This document shows positions 1-16,616 of a DNA stretch of 64,000 bases, in pieces. The stretch spans positions 496,001-560,000 of the forward strand of contig JBBPEB010000032.1 of the NCBI GenBank assembly GCA_039096225.1, in the 5' to 3' direction. The notes below the pieces were generated by a model. That model worked only from the letters and a program-made list of their open reading frames with translations. It did not search any database and was not told where the DNA came from. The stretch is from Blastocystis sp. Blastoise. Lineage: Eukaryota > Protista > Bigyra: Opalinata. The position numbers and the translations under genes were made by a program. Each line of letters opens with the position of its first letter. Position 1 is the first letter of the stretch.

Positions 1-1780
1 AATTTGTGATTTCTTTAACAAAATTCTTTCTCTCTATATTAACTTTTATTAATCTTATTTATTCTATTATTCGAGAGAAAAAGACAGATATGCTTTATAT
101 TATATATCAAACGACTATTCAGAATTATCACGACTTTCCTTTCTCGACGATAACCACGGTTTTATTGGTGTTTGCTCTTCTCTTCTTTTGTGTATATTGT
201 ATTGTATTTAGTGTTATCTTTATTATACGAAGTATTATTCATTTATTAATCACAATGGACGATCTTCCAGAAGAAAAACATTCTAAGTATATAGAAGTAA
301 TAATAGGCTTTTTATTTATATTCTTATTCTTATTCTTATTCTTATTCTTATTCTTATTCTTATTCTTATTCTTATTCTTATTCTTATTCTTATTCTTATT
401 ATTCTTATTCTTATTATATTAAAATTGTTATTCTTATTATTCTTATTATTCTTATTATTCTTATTATATTAAAATTGTTATTGTTATTATTGTTATTATT
501 GTTATTATTGTTATTATTGTTATTATTGTTATTATTATATTAAAATTGATATTGCTATTGAGTTCAATATTGTAATTTCCTCTTATATTATATATATATA
601 TAGACATAGAGTTGCTTCTCGAAGTGTTTCTACAAGTGTTTCCTATAATATTGAAAAAAAATTAATTTTTATTTATGAATACATAATTAATATTTTTGTT
701 TTTTATATAATTTATATAATATATAGGATAATATGTATATATATATATATATATTTACTTATAGTTAATTCCTCTCACTCATACAACAGAATGTATTGTT
801 CGAATGTTATGTTTATCAAAGACATATAAAGAAAAGAATAATGTACTTCAGTTTACATATAATCTTTATACAAGTATATAGTTTCTATTTTATATATGAT
901 TCTATTTCTATTATTATTATTATTATATTTATTATTATTATATTCTATATATAAAGATGGATTATTAACAACTGTAGATATTAATCAGTTAACACAACTC
1001 AATATTATTAGTATATATATATATAATTATTCTCACAGTTAATATATAGATATAAGTTTATCTATCTATATATCTATATATCAATATATATCTATATCTA
1101 TCTATAGACTTCGATACATATATTTCATCAAAGAATATACAAGATAGCCCTCGTGATATTCCCACGGTTATTAATCCTGTCGAATCTGCTTCGAATGATA
1201 ATAATGTTAATACTAATATAAATATTAATACAAATAAGGATAATATGAAAATGAATGAAATGAATATACCATTAACTTCTACATCTTCACTTTCTCCCCG
1301 TGGGAAATTACGTAAATTCTATCGAATGGACTCTGTCTTATCTTCTACTACAAGTCACAGTGGAACATGTATGATTATTTATAATAATTATCTATATAAT
1401 AATAGTAATAATCATAGTAAAAATAATCATCAGTATAACTATATATATATATATATTCTCTAGTATCTCCAAAATCTTCAATAGATATAATTCCTTCTCA
1501 ATCCTCAGTACCTACTACTACTTCTCCTATTTCAGGAGATAATTATACTAGACCAAAACTTATTAGAAAGAGTAAAAGTATATATATATATACATATCAT
1601 TTTGTTAGTTATACAGTATAATAATAAATAATAAATATTCTATTAGTTCATATATATATAAATAATTATATGTAGGTAATACATCAGACGTACCTATTTC
1701 ATTATATTTATCAACATCCAGTAATGAGTCATTTGATATTGGTTCTACTAAAAGTATATATATATATTAACTAATTAGTC

Positions 1781-1836
<56 letters not shown>

Positions 1837-2354
1837 TTGTTATGTTTATTATTGTATAGAGAAATTACAGCCTCCTCAGTTACCTGTAAAACAATTATCT
1901 CGAAGTCGTATAATAATAATTAAATAATTTATATAATATTATATATATATTCTTTTAATATATATACTATATATGCAATAACATTATATATATAGCGTCA
2001 ACACAATCTCTACCTTATTCAAAAGTACTACCACCTGTTCCTACTACACCTTCAAGTATACATATAGTATCTACTCCTTCTTCTACTAATGATACTACTA
2101 CTACTACTACTAATAATAATAATAATAAATCTATTCCTCTTCCTCCTCCTCCAAAAACACCTACTACTCCTTCTTCTCCCCTTCCTCTTTCTCTTCCTAC
2201 AACTCTTCCTACTCTAATATCTAAAAATCCTATGCTTCAAAGTCTACCTGTATTAGCAAATACTTCTTTTCCTACTTCTACTAATGGTATATCTAAGAAA
2301 CAATCCGAGATATTACAACCACCACCATTAACACCACTTTCTGATACAGAATAA
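1..2354 (+). CDS. Multi-exon uncharacterised protein, 5'-truncated by the window edge; hydrophobic TM-like segments followed by a Ser/Thr/Pro-rich tail
   Basis: Open frame from the window start to a GT donor at 287. Exons join in frame through GT-AG introns (e.g. 287-603) and end ...QPPPLTPLSDTE-TAA at 2354. Confidence 0.65.
321..413. repeat. (TTATTC)n microsatellite inside an intron
   Basis: Directly visible hexamer tandem array; it produces the spurious LFLFLF tail of ORF 6..422. Confidence 0.95.
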
Positions 2355-2703
2355 TTCTTTTTTAAATATATATATATATATAGTATCTTTATTTATTATT
2401 ATTAGAATGAACACTATATATAATTTTCTTTCCATTTTTTTAATTGCAATTTATAAAAATGTCATATATCATTAAAAATGTACATGGACAATTATTTATA
2501 CATATATATATAAACATTCATCACTAATAGTATTCGTTTAGTTAACTATCTTTTCTTTATTAATCACTGGTCTTTAAAGAACATATAACAGACTTGAATA
2601 AAAAAAGTCAAACAAACTCATAAATATCTGAAAAATAAATAAGAAATAAAACAAGTTGATATAATATTAAAGAAAAAAAACATAATTATTAAAAAACAAT
2701 AAT

Positions 2704-2964
2704 TTATTGTTGATTTTCTTCTCTTTGGATTTCACTAACTCTTTGAAAGATTCTTTGAGTAACAGAAACATATTTGGAAGCACAATTTTGAAGACATTCT
2801 TTTTCAGTCTTATCAAGATTTTTAGATCTGAAGTTTTTAATGCATTCATTAAAACAGTCATCCATCATATTGTTACCAGTTTCAGTAACATCTCTGAATT
2901 GAAGTTTTTGAAGTTCAGCATCATATTGAGCAATTTCAGCTTTGTTTAAACCTTCAGTAGACAT
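2704..2964 (-). CDS. TIM9: Small Tim chaperone (twin CX3C), Tim9-like; intronless, 86 aa
   Basis: MSTEG...QFRD...DDCFNECIKNFRSKNLDKTEKECLQNCASKY...QRIFQR: twin CX3C motif with Tim9-type spacing. Confidence 0.85.
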   Translation of the reverse strand: MSTEGLNKAEIAQYDAELQKLQFRDVTETGNNMMDDCFNECIKNFRSKNLDKTEKECLQNCASKYVSVTQRIFQRVSEIQREENQQ

Positions 2965-3420
2965 TGTAGAGACGATTTGAATCAATCAAAAATAAAAGTT
3001 TTTCTTTCTGAATCGAAAGAAAAAATGGTCTTGATTTCTTTCAAAGTTTCACGGGGAAAAGAATTTGAGAATTAGAAAAAAAAAGTTCATGTATTTATGT
3101 AAACAGAGTACGTTATTCAAAAGCAAAGAGGTAGATAAAGATTATATAGGAACAGAAGCGTAATAAGGAGACAAAACAAAACGAAAAGAATATATGTTTT
3201 TGTCAATTTTATAAATATTAGTAAATAAAAATATAGGAAATATAGAAATAATGAATTAATAGTTCACTTGATTGTGATGATACTTATTACAAATAGAAAA
3301 AGCTACTGAAAATATCATTAAATAAATAAATAAATAAATTATAAAAATTTTTCAGTTACACAAATATATCTAAAAATAAAAATAAAAAATAATGTTATAG
3401 AATATTAAGATAGATTGGTT

Positions 3421-5447
3421 TTAATGAGTATGAACCGCATGTCTTTCTTCAGTTCCATCATTATAAGCCCAATGGCCACCTTTACGATATTTACCAACAA
3501 TTCTGAAGATTTCTTGTTCAACATTCATGGGAGTAATACCAAAATCTTCGAATTTGAGTCCATTATTTTCTTTAGTAAGTATACAATCAGTAGAACGGAG
3601 ATCAACTTATATATATATATAGTAATTGAATTATTAGATAAAAAATAATAATAAACATAATAATAAACATAATAATAATACTATATATATATATACTTCG
3701 GATCTAGTCATATAGGGTATAGGACCACATTCCATGAGGAAAGTGATTGCTTTAGCGACAAGAACAGGGGTATTAAAGAGATGAGGATGATAATGGATAG
3801 TATCTAAGACTAAATTAACCAATTATATATTCATAATAAGTTATACAAACAATAGAATAAGATTTATATATAATTGTAATAAGAATAAATAATAAAAAAA
3901 ACAACAACAAGAATAAACACAATATATATATTAAATAAAAGGAATAATAAACACAATAGATAAACAATAAAAATATAAATTTAATTCATTATATATATAT
4001 ACTTCTTTTTGAGTATAGATTTTAGGTCCAGCTAATTCAATAGTTTTACCATAATAATCTTCAGGTGTAGAACACCATTTAGTAATAACCTTAGCAACAT
4101 CATTATAAGCAACAGGTTGTTTAAAAGCTTCACCATTGAAGATAGTTAATAAGTAAGGATACTTTCTAGCCATTACAGCAATCCTATAGAATAAACATAA
4201 TAATAATTATAATAATATAAACATAATAATATAAACATAATAAATATAATAATAAACATAATAATAATAAACATAATAATAATAAACATAATATATATTC
4301 TATCTATACCAAGTAAGACATCTGTCTTCCATACCGAACATATCGGCAGGTCGAACAATAGTAGCATCAGGATAAGCTTCACGTAATACCTTTTCTCCCA
4401 TGGCCTAGAGGGTCAAAGAGAGAGTAGAACGTATTATGATAATAATAATAATATACATAATAAACATAATAATATACATAATAATATACATAATAATATA
4501 ATATACATAATAATAATAATTTACATAATAATAATAATTTACATAATAAACATAATAATAATAATACTAATAAACACAACAAACAAATTAATACTAATAC
4601 TACTAAATATAAATATATATACTTTAGATCTAGCCCATTCAGAAGCATGATTCACATTACCTTGTAAAGCACTTACGTGTAATAAATTCTTTACTCCCAT
4701 ACTCTTACATACTTTAGCTAATCTTTCAGGCCAAAATACATTCACATCTTGATAAGTAAAATCATGAAATATATAATATATTCATATATTTAAAAAAAAA
4801 GTATGGAAAATAATACTAATTTTTATAAAAAAAAAAATATATATATATAGCAAAAATAATTCTTTTAGAAAATAATTATATATATAAGTATAGTTGATCA
4901 TCCAAGGTAATAAGAATTTGGTTTGATAATATTTACCAACACAATTGACAACAACATCACAATTACCAATAGCATCAGCAATAGATTGTTCATCCTTAGG
5001 ATGGAAAGGAACGCCATTAATCTTTATTTTAATAAACGTAACGAATGATTCAATAGTTTTAAATTAAAAAAAAATAAAATGAACACAAATGATTACAGAT
5101 AATTCATTTATAGCATAAGAAATAAATATAGAAATATCAAAAAACACATACCTTACCGACTTCACCACAAGGTTTCATACGTAAAGCCTCATCAATATCA
5201 CCTCTGCAAGGAATGTTAACGATAGCACCTCTTTTACCTAATTCATTGACAACGTTTCTTCCAAGATTACCAGTAGAAGCACCAAATACACATACTTTCA
5301 TAGGAACTTCAGAATGTTGACCACCAAGACCTATAGTTCCTCTGAGTGGTTCAACGTATATAGATCTCTAAAACAATAGAGGAAAAAAAGGAGGAAAATA
5401 AATACAGTGAATTTAGTTAATGGACGAAGAGATAAAGTTCTTAACAT
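3421..5447 (-). CDS. NDUFA9: NADH dehydrogenase (complex I) 39 kDa SDR subunit; 7 introns, 3 of them non-canonical
   Basis: Presequence-like [16 protein letters not shown]; [21 protein letters not shown]; [10 protein letters not shown]; [35 protein letters not shown]; QPVAYNDVA; [13 protein letters not shown]; TAA at 3421. Confidence 0.92.
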
Positions 5448-6152
5448 TCTATATTTCTTATATATAAATAGTGAAAGATGAATTATACGTTCTGTTAATT
5501 ATTCAATTACCAGTCCTTTAAGATAAGAAAGAGTTGAATTTCTTGACTCTGTTTTTTTGAAGTAAACATTTTGAAAAGAAAAACAAAAATAAATCTCGAC
5601 AGAATTATCAAGAAATCCTTGCGTCAAAAAAGAAAATTTTACACGGTGATTTCCCTTTTTTAGCTTGATATTATATTCTATCGAGAAATTGATTCATAGA
5701 ATTTATGACTTTTAGGAAAGGTTCTTATAAGTTGTGTAAAAAGACTGCTATGCTGATTATCAAAAAAGGTCGAGACATTTTCTCCTTTTCTTCATGAATA
5801 TTCGCAATTTCCCTTTTCAACCCAAATCTATCTCTTTTATATATATGTAAAATACGAATTCTGTTAATTTGTATGAGATTCATTAATGTAGATGAATTCT
5901 AGACTGATATATCCATTAATTTTTATGCAATTATTTCACTTTTTTTATTCATTGTGTACATATAGTTATCTTGTATTACTTATTTCGTTAATACTTACAT
6001 TTGTCACTACAAGTATCATAAAAATATGATTCCAGTTATGTAGATCAAGCAATTGTACTTTTTTATGTGTAGATAATTAACAAAATAATAATATGAGAAC
6101 ATACACACATATATACAGAACATATAGAAATAAAAATATGGATAGTAAAAAG

Positions 6153-6838
6153 TTAATTAAGTTTGGAAACGCATTTTTTGTATAATTTCTCAGAAACTTC
6201 TTTCCATTGATTGTTTGCTTCAGTTAATAATTGAACTTGTTTTTCTAACTCTTTAATTCGTTCAACATCATCTTTCTTTGCAATAACATTCGTATCAGCA
6301 GATTGAGATAGAGATGACAATGGTTTCATTTTTGAAGAAACAAGAGGAAGAGAGGGTAACATCACCACGGGCTGATAAGTATTGATATCTATATATTATA
6401 TGTTAATTATAGTATATGTTAATTATAGTATGTGTTAATTATAGTATGTGTTAATTATATTATGTGTTAATTATATTTTATTATGATTCAATACAATTTT
6501 ATATATAATAACTTTTATAATATATATATATATATATATTATATTAATTGATATATATATACTTGTAATTGCATATTTTTTAAGAGGAACAATTGGAACA
6601 AAAGAGTCTCCACCTATATATATATTATATTATATAATAATAATAATAATAATAAGAAAGTAAGTAAAAGAATATTATAAACATATCTATATATATATAA
6701 TAAAATTAGAAAAAGAATATTATAAACATATATATATATACCTTGTAATAGATTTGTTGGTTTAATAATATATTGAAGATTTGTAATTGATGATGTATAT
6801 ATATGAAGTGACTTTAATAATTTATAATTAAGTACATC

Positions 6839-6878
<40 letters not shown>

Positions 6879-6905
6879 ATTATTATATGAATATCAATAC
6901 TAATA

Positions 6906-6969
<64 letters not shown>

Positions 6970-7772
6970 CACCATTAGTATCTCCAGAAAGTAGTTTACT
7001 TCCATCATAACTCAAAGATAATCTATATAATAATAATAATAATAATACTATTAATACTATTAATATATATATATACTGTGTAATTGGTGATTTGTGTCCT
7101 AATAATTCAGAAAGATAACTATCTGCATTTGAATTCTACAATATAATAATATTATATAATAATAATATTACTATTATATATACTGTTTGTTGATTATTCA
7201 TATTTATAGTTGTATATGTATTTTGTATATTATTGATATTACTTTGAGATATATTTAATACATAGATCATATTATTGGTGCAACCAATAAAAATCATCGT
7301 TTCATTTGGAGATAAGCATATCTATAGTATTTATATATATATATTTATATATCATTATATATATATACACATTTAACAGAGGCAGGTAATGTATATGTAT
7401 ATATACAATTAAATGTATATATATCCCAAATCTTTACAGTCATATCCATACTACTACTAATAATATAAGCTATATATTAATAATAATAAACATTATAATA
7501 AGTATAATAAATATAATAAGTATAATAATAAGTATAATAATAATAATAAGCATATTAATAATAAAAAAAAAAAATAATAATAATAATAATATATACAATT
7601 CTTTCCTTTTCCTACTATAAGTCCAGTAACTGGTAAACTGTGTTCACCACCACTGTGAAGAGGAAGAATATTATTGGTTGATGAAGTATTTGATGAATCC
7701 CCGTGGGAATTAGAATGAATATTTTGAGGCATAAAGATATCTGCCATAGACCAAGAACGAATTAAACCATCC

Positions 7773-7817
<45 letters not shown>

Positions 7818-8569
7818 GTGATAATAATAGTGATATAATATATAATAATAATAATATTACATACAGCACCTCCTGAAAGTAAAATTCCCGCTGAATTCAT
7901 AAAATGTAAAACAGTTACACTCTTATAATGAGCTTCAAATGAAGTTAATAACTCACCTGATTGTAAAGACCAAATATAACTATATAAATATATATATATA
8001 TATATTAAAAATAAAATAATAATAATATTGAAAAAACAAACAAATAATTGACTAATTAGAGATAATAATTATATTTAAAAAAATACATTCTACCAGAAAT
8101 ACTCCCAACAAATAAATAAACACCATCTTCACTAACACATGAGGCACTCATCTATATAAATTTTATTTCTAAATAACTTATCATAATAACTAGAAAATAA
8201 TTTTATTTTCAATGTTTTATGAAAATAAACGAATCAAAATTATGAAATAGAACTAAAAAATATACTTTTTCACTTAAACTACACTTGAAGACTGGCTGAA
8301 TTTTACCCCATTTATATAAATTAATTGCATTTCTATTAGATTGTAAAGAAACGAAACCAGTTTGGATAATTGAAAAAGGAGACGAACATTTATTTGTGAT
8401 TAAACTTAAGCCTATGTTTGCAATCACAAAGAGATATTATATATCTATAAATACCTCCTTGAGGCATGAAAGCTTCTTTGAATTGAAAGATAGTACTAGC
8501 AGATTCAGGCTCAATGATACTGACAGTGTCTTCCTTCTCAGAAGAAGCTAATATAACTTCTTGAAACAT
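6153..8569 (-). CDS. WDR18: WD40 repeat protein, Ipi3/WDR18-like (rixosome)
   Basis: Spliced MFQEVILASS...; YLFVGSISGRIYIWSLQSGELLTSFEAHYKSVTVL; HSLPVTGL; ISSSMDMTVKIWD; C-terminal coiled coil ELEKQVQLLTEANNQWKEVSEKLY. Confidence 0.8.
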
Positions 8570-9209
8570 CTTGTGTGATTTATATATGAAAAAAAGAAAT
8601 GATTAAAAATACTCTCTATTATTTCTGTTTCTTCACTGTTTCTTACTCTTTTCCCATAAATAAAAATTTCACTGGCATTTTCTAAAAAAAATTGTTTTCA
8701 AGAAATTCGTAGTTTCTCACTACAAATAAAAAAATAATCGTTGTTTTTTTTCTTTGGAGATAAACTTATTTATTTATTGAATATAAAATGTTTTTTACTT
8801 ATTGAATTGTAAAAAGGATATTCAAATGATATTGGTATTTATGTGAAATGGTTTTTTCAAATTTTTATTACAAGAATTAGTCACTAATTTATTAGTAGAT
8901 GAAGAACATTTGATTTGACTTTCTAAAATGTTTTAACATAGAATAAGATAATTAGGAATTTTATTAAATGCTTTTGAATACACACTTGCATAGCAAATTA
9001 TGAATAAAATGACCTAAAAAATGATAAGAATAAAAAACTATACAAAAAAAGTTAACAAATATTACATAAAAATATAACACGAACAAAGTGAATGAAAATA
9101 ACAAAAAGAAAAGACAATTAAATGTTTAAAAAAAAAATAGATACGATAAAATGAATATATGACTGAAAAAAATAGGAGTTAACAAAGAAAAAGAAATAAA
9201 AGTAACGAA

Positions 9210-12995
<3,786 letters not shown>

Positions 12996-13469
12996 TTTTT
13001 CTTGTCTCGGTTTATGAATAAGAATAAAGGAGCAAAAGAAATATTACTGTTTTATGGTTTTCATTTTTTTATAAATTTGGGAAATACCACGGTTTTTCTA
13101 TTCTTGATAAGGGAAAGAATGATTATAATCAAATTGAACAATTCTCGACTTTTTCTGTTGTGTATTTGAAGTATATATCATTAAGATTACTGATATTTAT
13201 TTGCTTGTGATGAAATCTCAATGTAAACACAAAACAACGGTATGAAATACGGTCATAACTAAAATGAAAAACAATAACAAGGAAAACGTGAAAAAAAAGA
13301 AATAAAAAACTATTTAAATAAGAGAAGACTCGATAGTCACAAAGATATATATTGTATTAGAATGAAATACTAGGAACATGTAAGGAATGAAAGCATGAAT
13401 TTGATAATTATATCTATATATATATTTGTATTTGAATAACATATAAAATAAAAGTAAAGAGTGAATGTA

Positions 13470-13727
13470 TCAATCGACTTTGAGTCTATTGATTTTATTT
13501 TGTGTATTAGATTCTGTACGTGGGATCATTCCAGCTTCTTTATCTTCATAGGGGACATTAATAAGAGGTGGATAGAATATGAAATAAAGCATAATACAAA
13601 AGAATATAAAGAAAAGAATATAGATAACATAGAGTCCAATGTTAGTATATAAATTATAAGTAGAAAGCCAATTAAATTTCAATAAGAAGATATCAGGAAG
13701 TTCATTTGGAGGTAGAAACGGATCTGG

Positions 13728-13783
<56 letters not shown>

Positions 13784-14215
13784 AAGAGAGACATAAATAT
13801 AATTAGAACCAGTTATAGAGGATAAATTTTAAAAACTACATATATATATACAGATAGGATGAACAGAGATAGATTGAATATCATTATTTTCAAGTTTCAC
13901 ATTGACTTCTAAGTGTTTAATATAGCTTCCAATACCATCTTGAATCATGAACCATTCAGATTCAAAATCTTGTTGAGAAAAAGAAATCATTGCTCTTAGT
14001 TGTGTATATTTTGTAACAGATAAATAGGCTTGAGGTTGAACTACAGACATACTTCGTCTTTTAAATGAAGGAAGAGTTTCTGGATTTAATTCAAACCATT
14101 CTGTTATTGTTTCACCATGCTGAAATCTTATTTTGATAGGCACTTTATCATCATAATGATATAAAGAAGCATTTGTGATATTCAATAATATCAGTAAAAA
14201 TACGACTGTATACAT
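13470..14215 (-). CDS. Uncharacterised type I membrane protein (signal peptide, luminal domain, C-terminal TM), 2 exons
   Basis: MYTVVFLLILLNITNA signal; YHYDDKVP...TEWFEL...PSF...SEWF; one GT-AG intron; TM GLYVIYILFFIFFCIMLYFIF. Confidence 0.75.
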
Positions 14216-14487
14216 TATACAAGACAAATAAGAAGAATGATCAAGAAAAGTACTATTTGTGGGAAAAAGTCAAACATAAACTGGAAACATCAAAATAATT
14301 ATTGGAAACGAATTGTTTTCCTGATTTTTCTATTTAATAGTATGTGCCGTATATTTTATTAGTAATGATTTCGTAACATCCATTATTTTCCGGAAGTCAG
14401 AAAGACATACAATTCTGATATAAATAAAAAATATATAAATATTTTATTTTACAATTCAGTCGATTAACGTATTAATTATAAACGATA

Positions 14488-15410
14488 ATGTCAACTTCAC
14501 CTACAGTACAGAAGCTCATTCAAGATAAAATTGGAATTTATTGTAGTCCATTATTTATCCATCCTTTGAAGATGTATTTGTCTTCAGTGAACTCTATTCA
14601 CAGTATTTAGTTTTTTTTAATTTGATATCACTTTATATTATGGTTTTAACGATTGTGTTTGAAATGTAACTACTGTTTTATTTCTAGATGGACAAGTTAA
14701 TTCTCCAATTGAAGGTTATGTTGTATTACTTATATCTAGAAAAACGAAGACACACTTTATTAAAATATTCCGTGAATCTAATTATGATATACAATTTGAA
14801 TTAGAATTGACCAAAAGTTTTAATATACAAGTTGTAGAAGAAGATAATTATCTTGTGTTTCTTCATTATGATAATTCTTTATATAATTTTGTTTTTCTGG
14901 ATAATAATCAAGGATATGATTTTTATATGAAAGTATGTAAATATTTTTTTTTATTATTTATTCTATTTTTTTTTTTTTGAGATTATTTTATCTGAATTTT
15001 TTTTATTGAATAAAAATGAATAATATATATAGTTAATAGATATTAATGATAAATTAAAAAAGAAAGATTCTATTGATCAACAAGTTGTCAATAAAAAGGA
15101 TAAAAAAGGCTTCTTTTCTTTATTTAAAGTATATATATATTTAGTGTATCTATTATATTATATATATATTTAAAGTAAAGATGTATATATTTATTTTTAT
15201 ATATTTCTATATTCATGTTCATTAAGTAATATATATATATATATATATAGAAAGGAAAGAAGATACATGAATCGACTCATCAGAACTCCCTAAAAATCAC
15301 CCTTCCTATGAATGTATATATATATATATATATAATTTATATAGTATAATAATATATATTTTGAACAAGTTCAACATTGGGACAATAATCAAATATCTGA
15401 TACTTTTGTA

Positions 15411-15462
<52 letters not shown>

Positions 15463-15846
15463 ATTATTATTATTATTATTATTAAATTTTCTTTATTAAA
15501 ACCATTATTTTTCAATAATAACAATTATCATTATAGAATTCTATTCCTTTTCAACGAGTTTCAATTGAACAACGTATATATATCTAAATAAAACTTTCAA
15601 TCTCTTTCTGATATTTATTTTCCATTTTTTTAAAATTAATATATTCTTATTATAGCCAGACAATCCGTTCCATTCAATTCATTAAGACTTTCAAAATTAA
15701 TATCTGATGAAGAATGGGATGAATATATTGCTTCTCTTGAATTTGATAAAAGTCCAACTTCTAGTTTCTCACTTCGTTCATCTTATGACAGTGACTTGAG
15801 AATTTCACTTCCTTTATCAATCTCAAGACCTAATCAATTATTATAA
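14488..15846 (+). CDS. WH1/EVH1-like domain plus CRIB-like motif protein (WASP N-terminus-like)
   Basis: W...EGYVVLLISRKTKTHFIKIF...IQFELEL...YNFVFLDNNQGYDFYMK resembles WH1; basic KKDKKGFFSLFKKGKK, then ITLPMN|FEQVQH (CRIB consensus ISxPxxFxHxxH); TAA at 15846. Confidence 0.6.
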
Positions 15847-16616
15847 GCTTTTTTGCTTACCTCCACATTTTGTTTTTATTTCTTTCTATTTTGTTTATTC
15901 GTTTTGCTATAGTTAGTTTTACTCTTGTGTCATTCAATTGTTTTTCTTTCAACAAATGACATATTTTCTTTTTCAACATCATCTCTATTATTATAATTTA
16001 GTTTGTCTTTTATTTCTTTCCATGAATTGTCAATTATGTTTTTACTTTTTAGTTGTTTTTTGTCCTTTTTCTTGTTTTGTTAGTTAAATGACCTATCATC
16101 AGTATTTCTATTTATAGTGAAATCAAATACAACTATCACAGTCATCAACTGAACTATAAAAGTCGTGTCATTACATTCCTAAAAACATGAAGATACACTA
16201 TTCCCTATATTCTTACCCTTCTCACAGCAACTTGAAAACATCTTTGAAAACCATATAGTAGAGAATAACAAAAAACTGGACGAAGGAAAAATATAAAGAA
16301 CGGCTTGTTTGTCTATATAAAAATAATTCCCGTGAATAAAGTAAAAAAAGATCGGGATGACGTTCCTATAATCATCGATTGACACAATTACGATGACAAA
16401 CTGGTTCTTCTCGATTGTTTCCTTCTTTTTTATTTTTTTGACTAAAAGAGTAGAATCACTTTTTTTTCTTTTCTTTTGAAGGCGGATTCTAAACAGTTAG
16501 TTTTTTATCCGATACCCTGATCTGCACCTTCCATAGTGTATTGCTTTTATGTATTTTAAATTAGTTACGTGTGATTGTAAATTCTCTGCTGCTCAATTAA
16601 GCTATTCTTTGCACCA

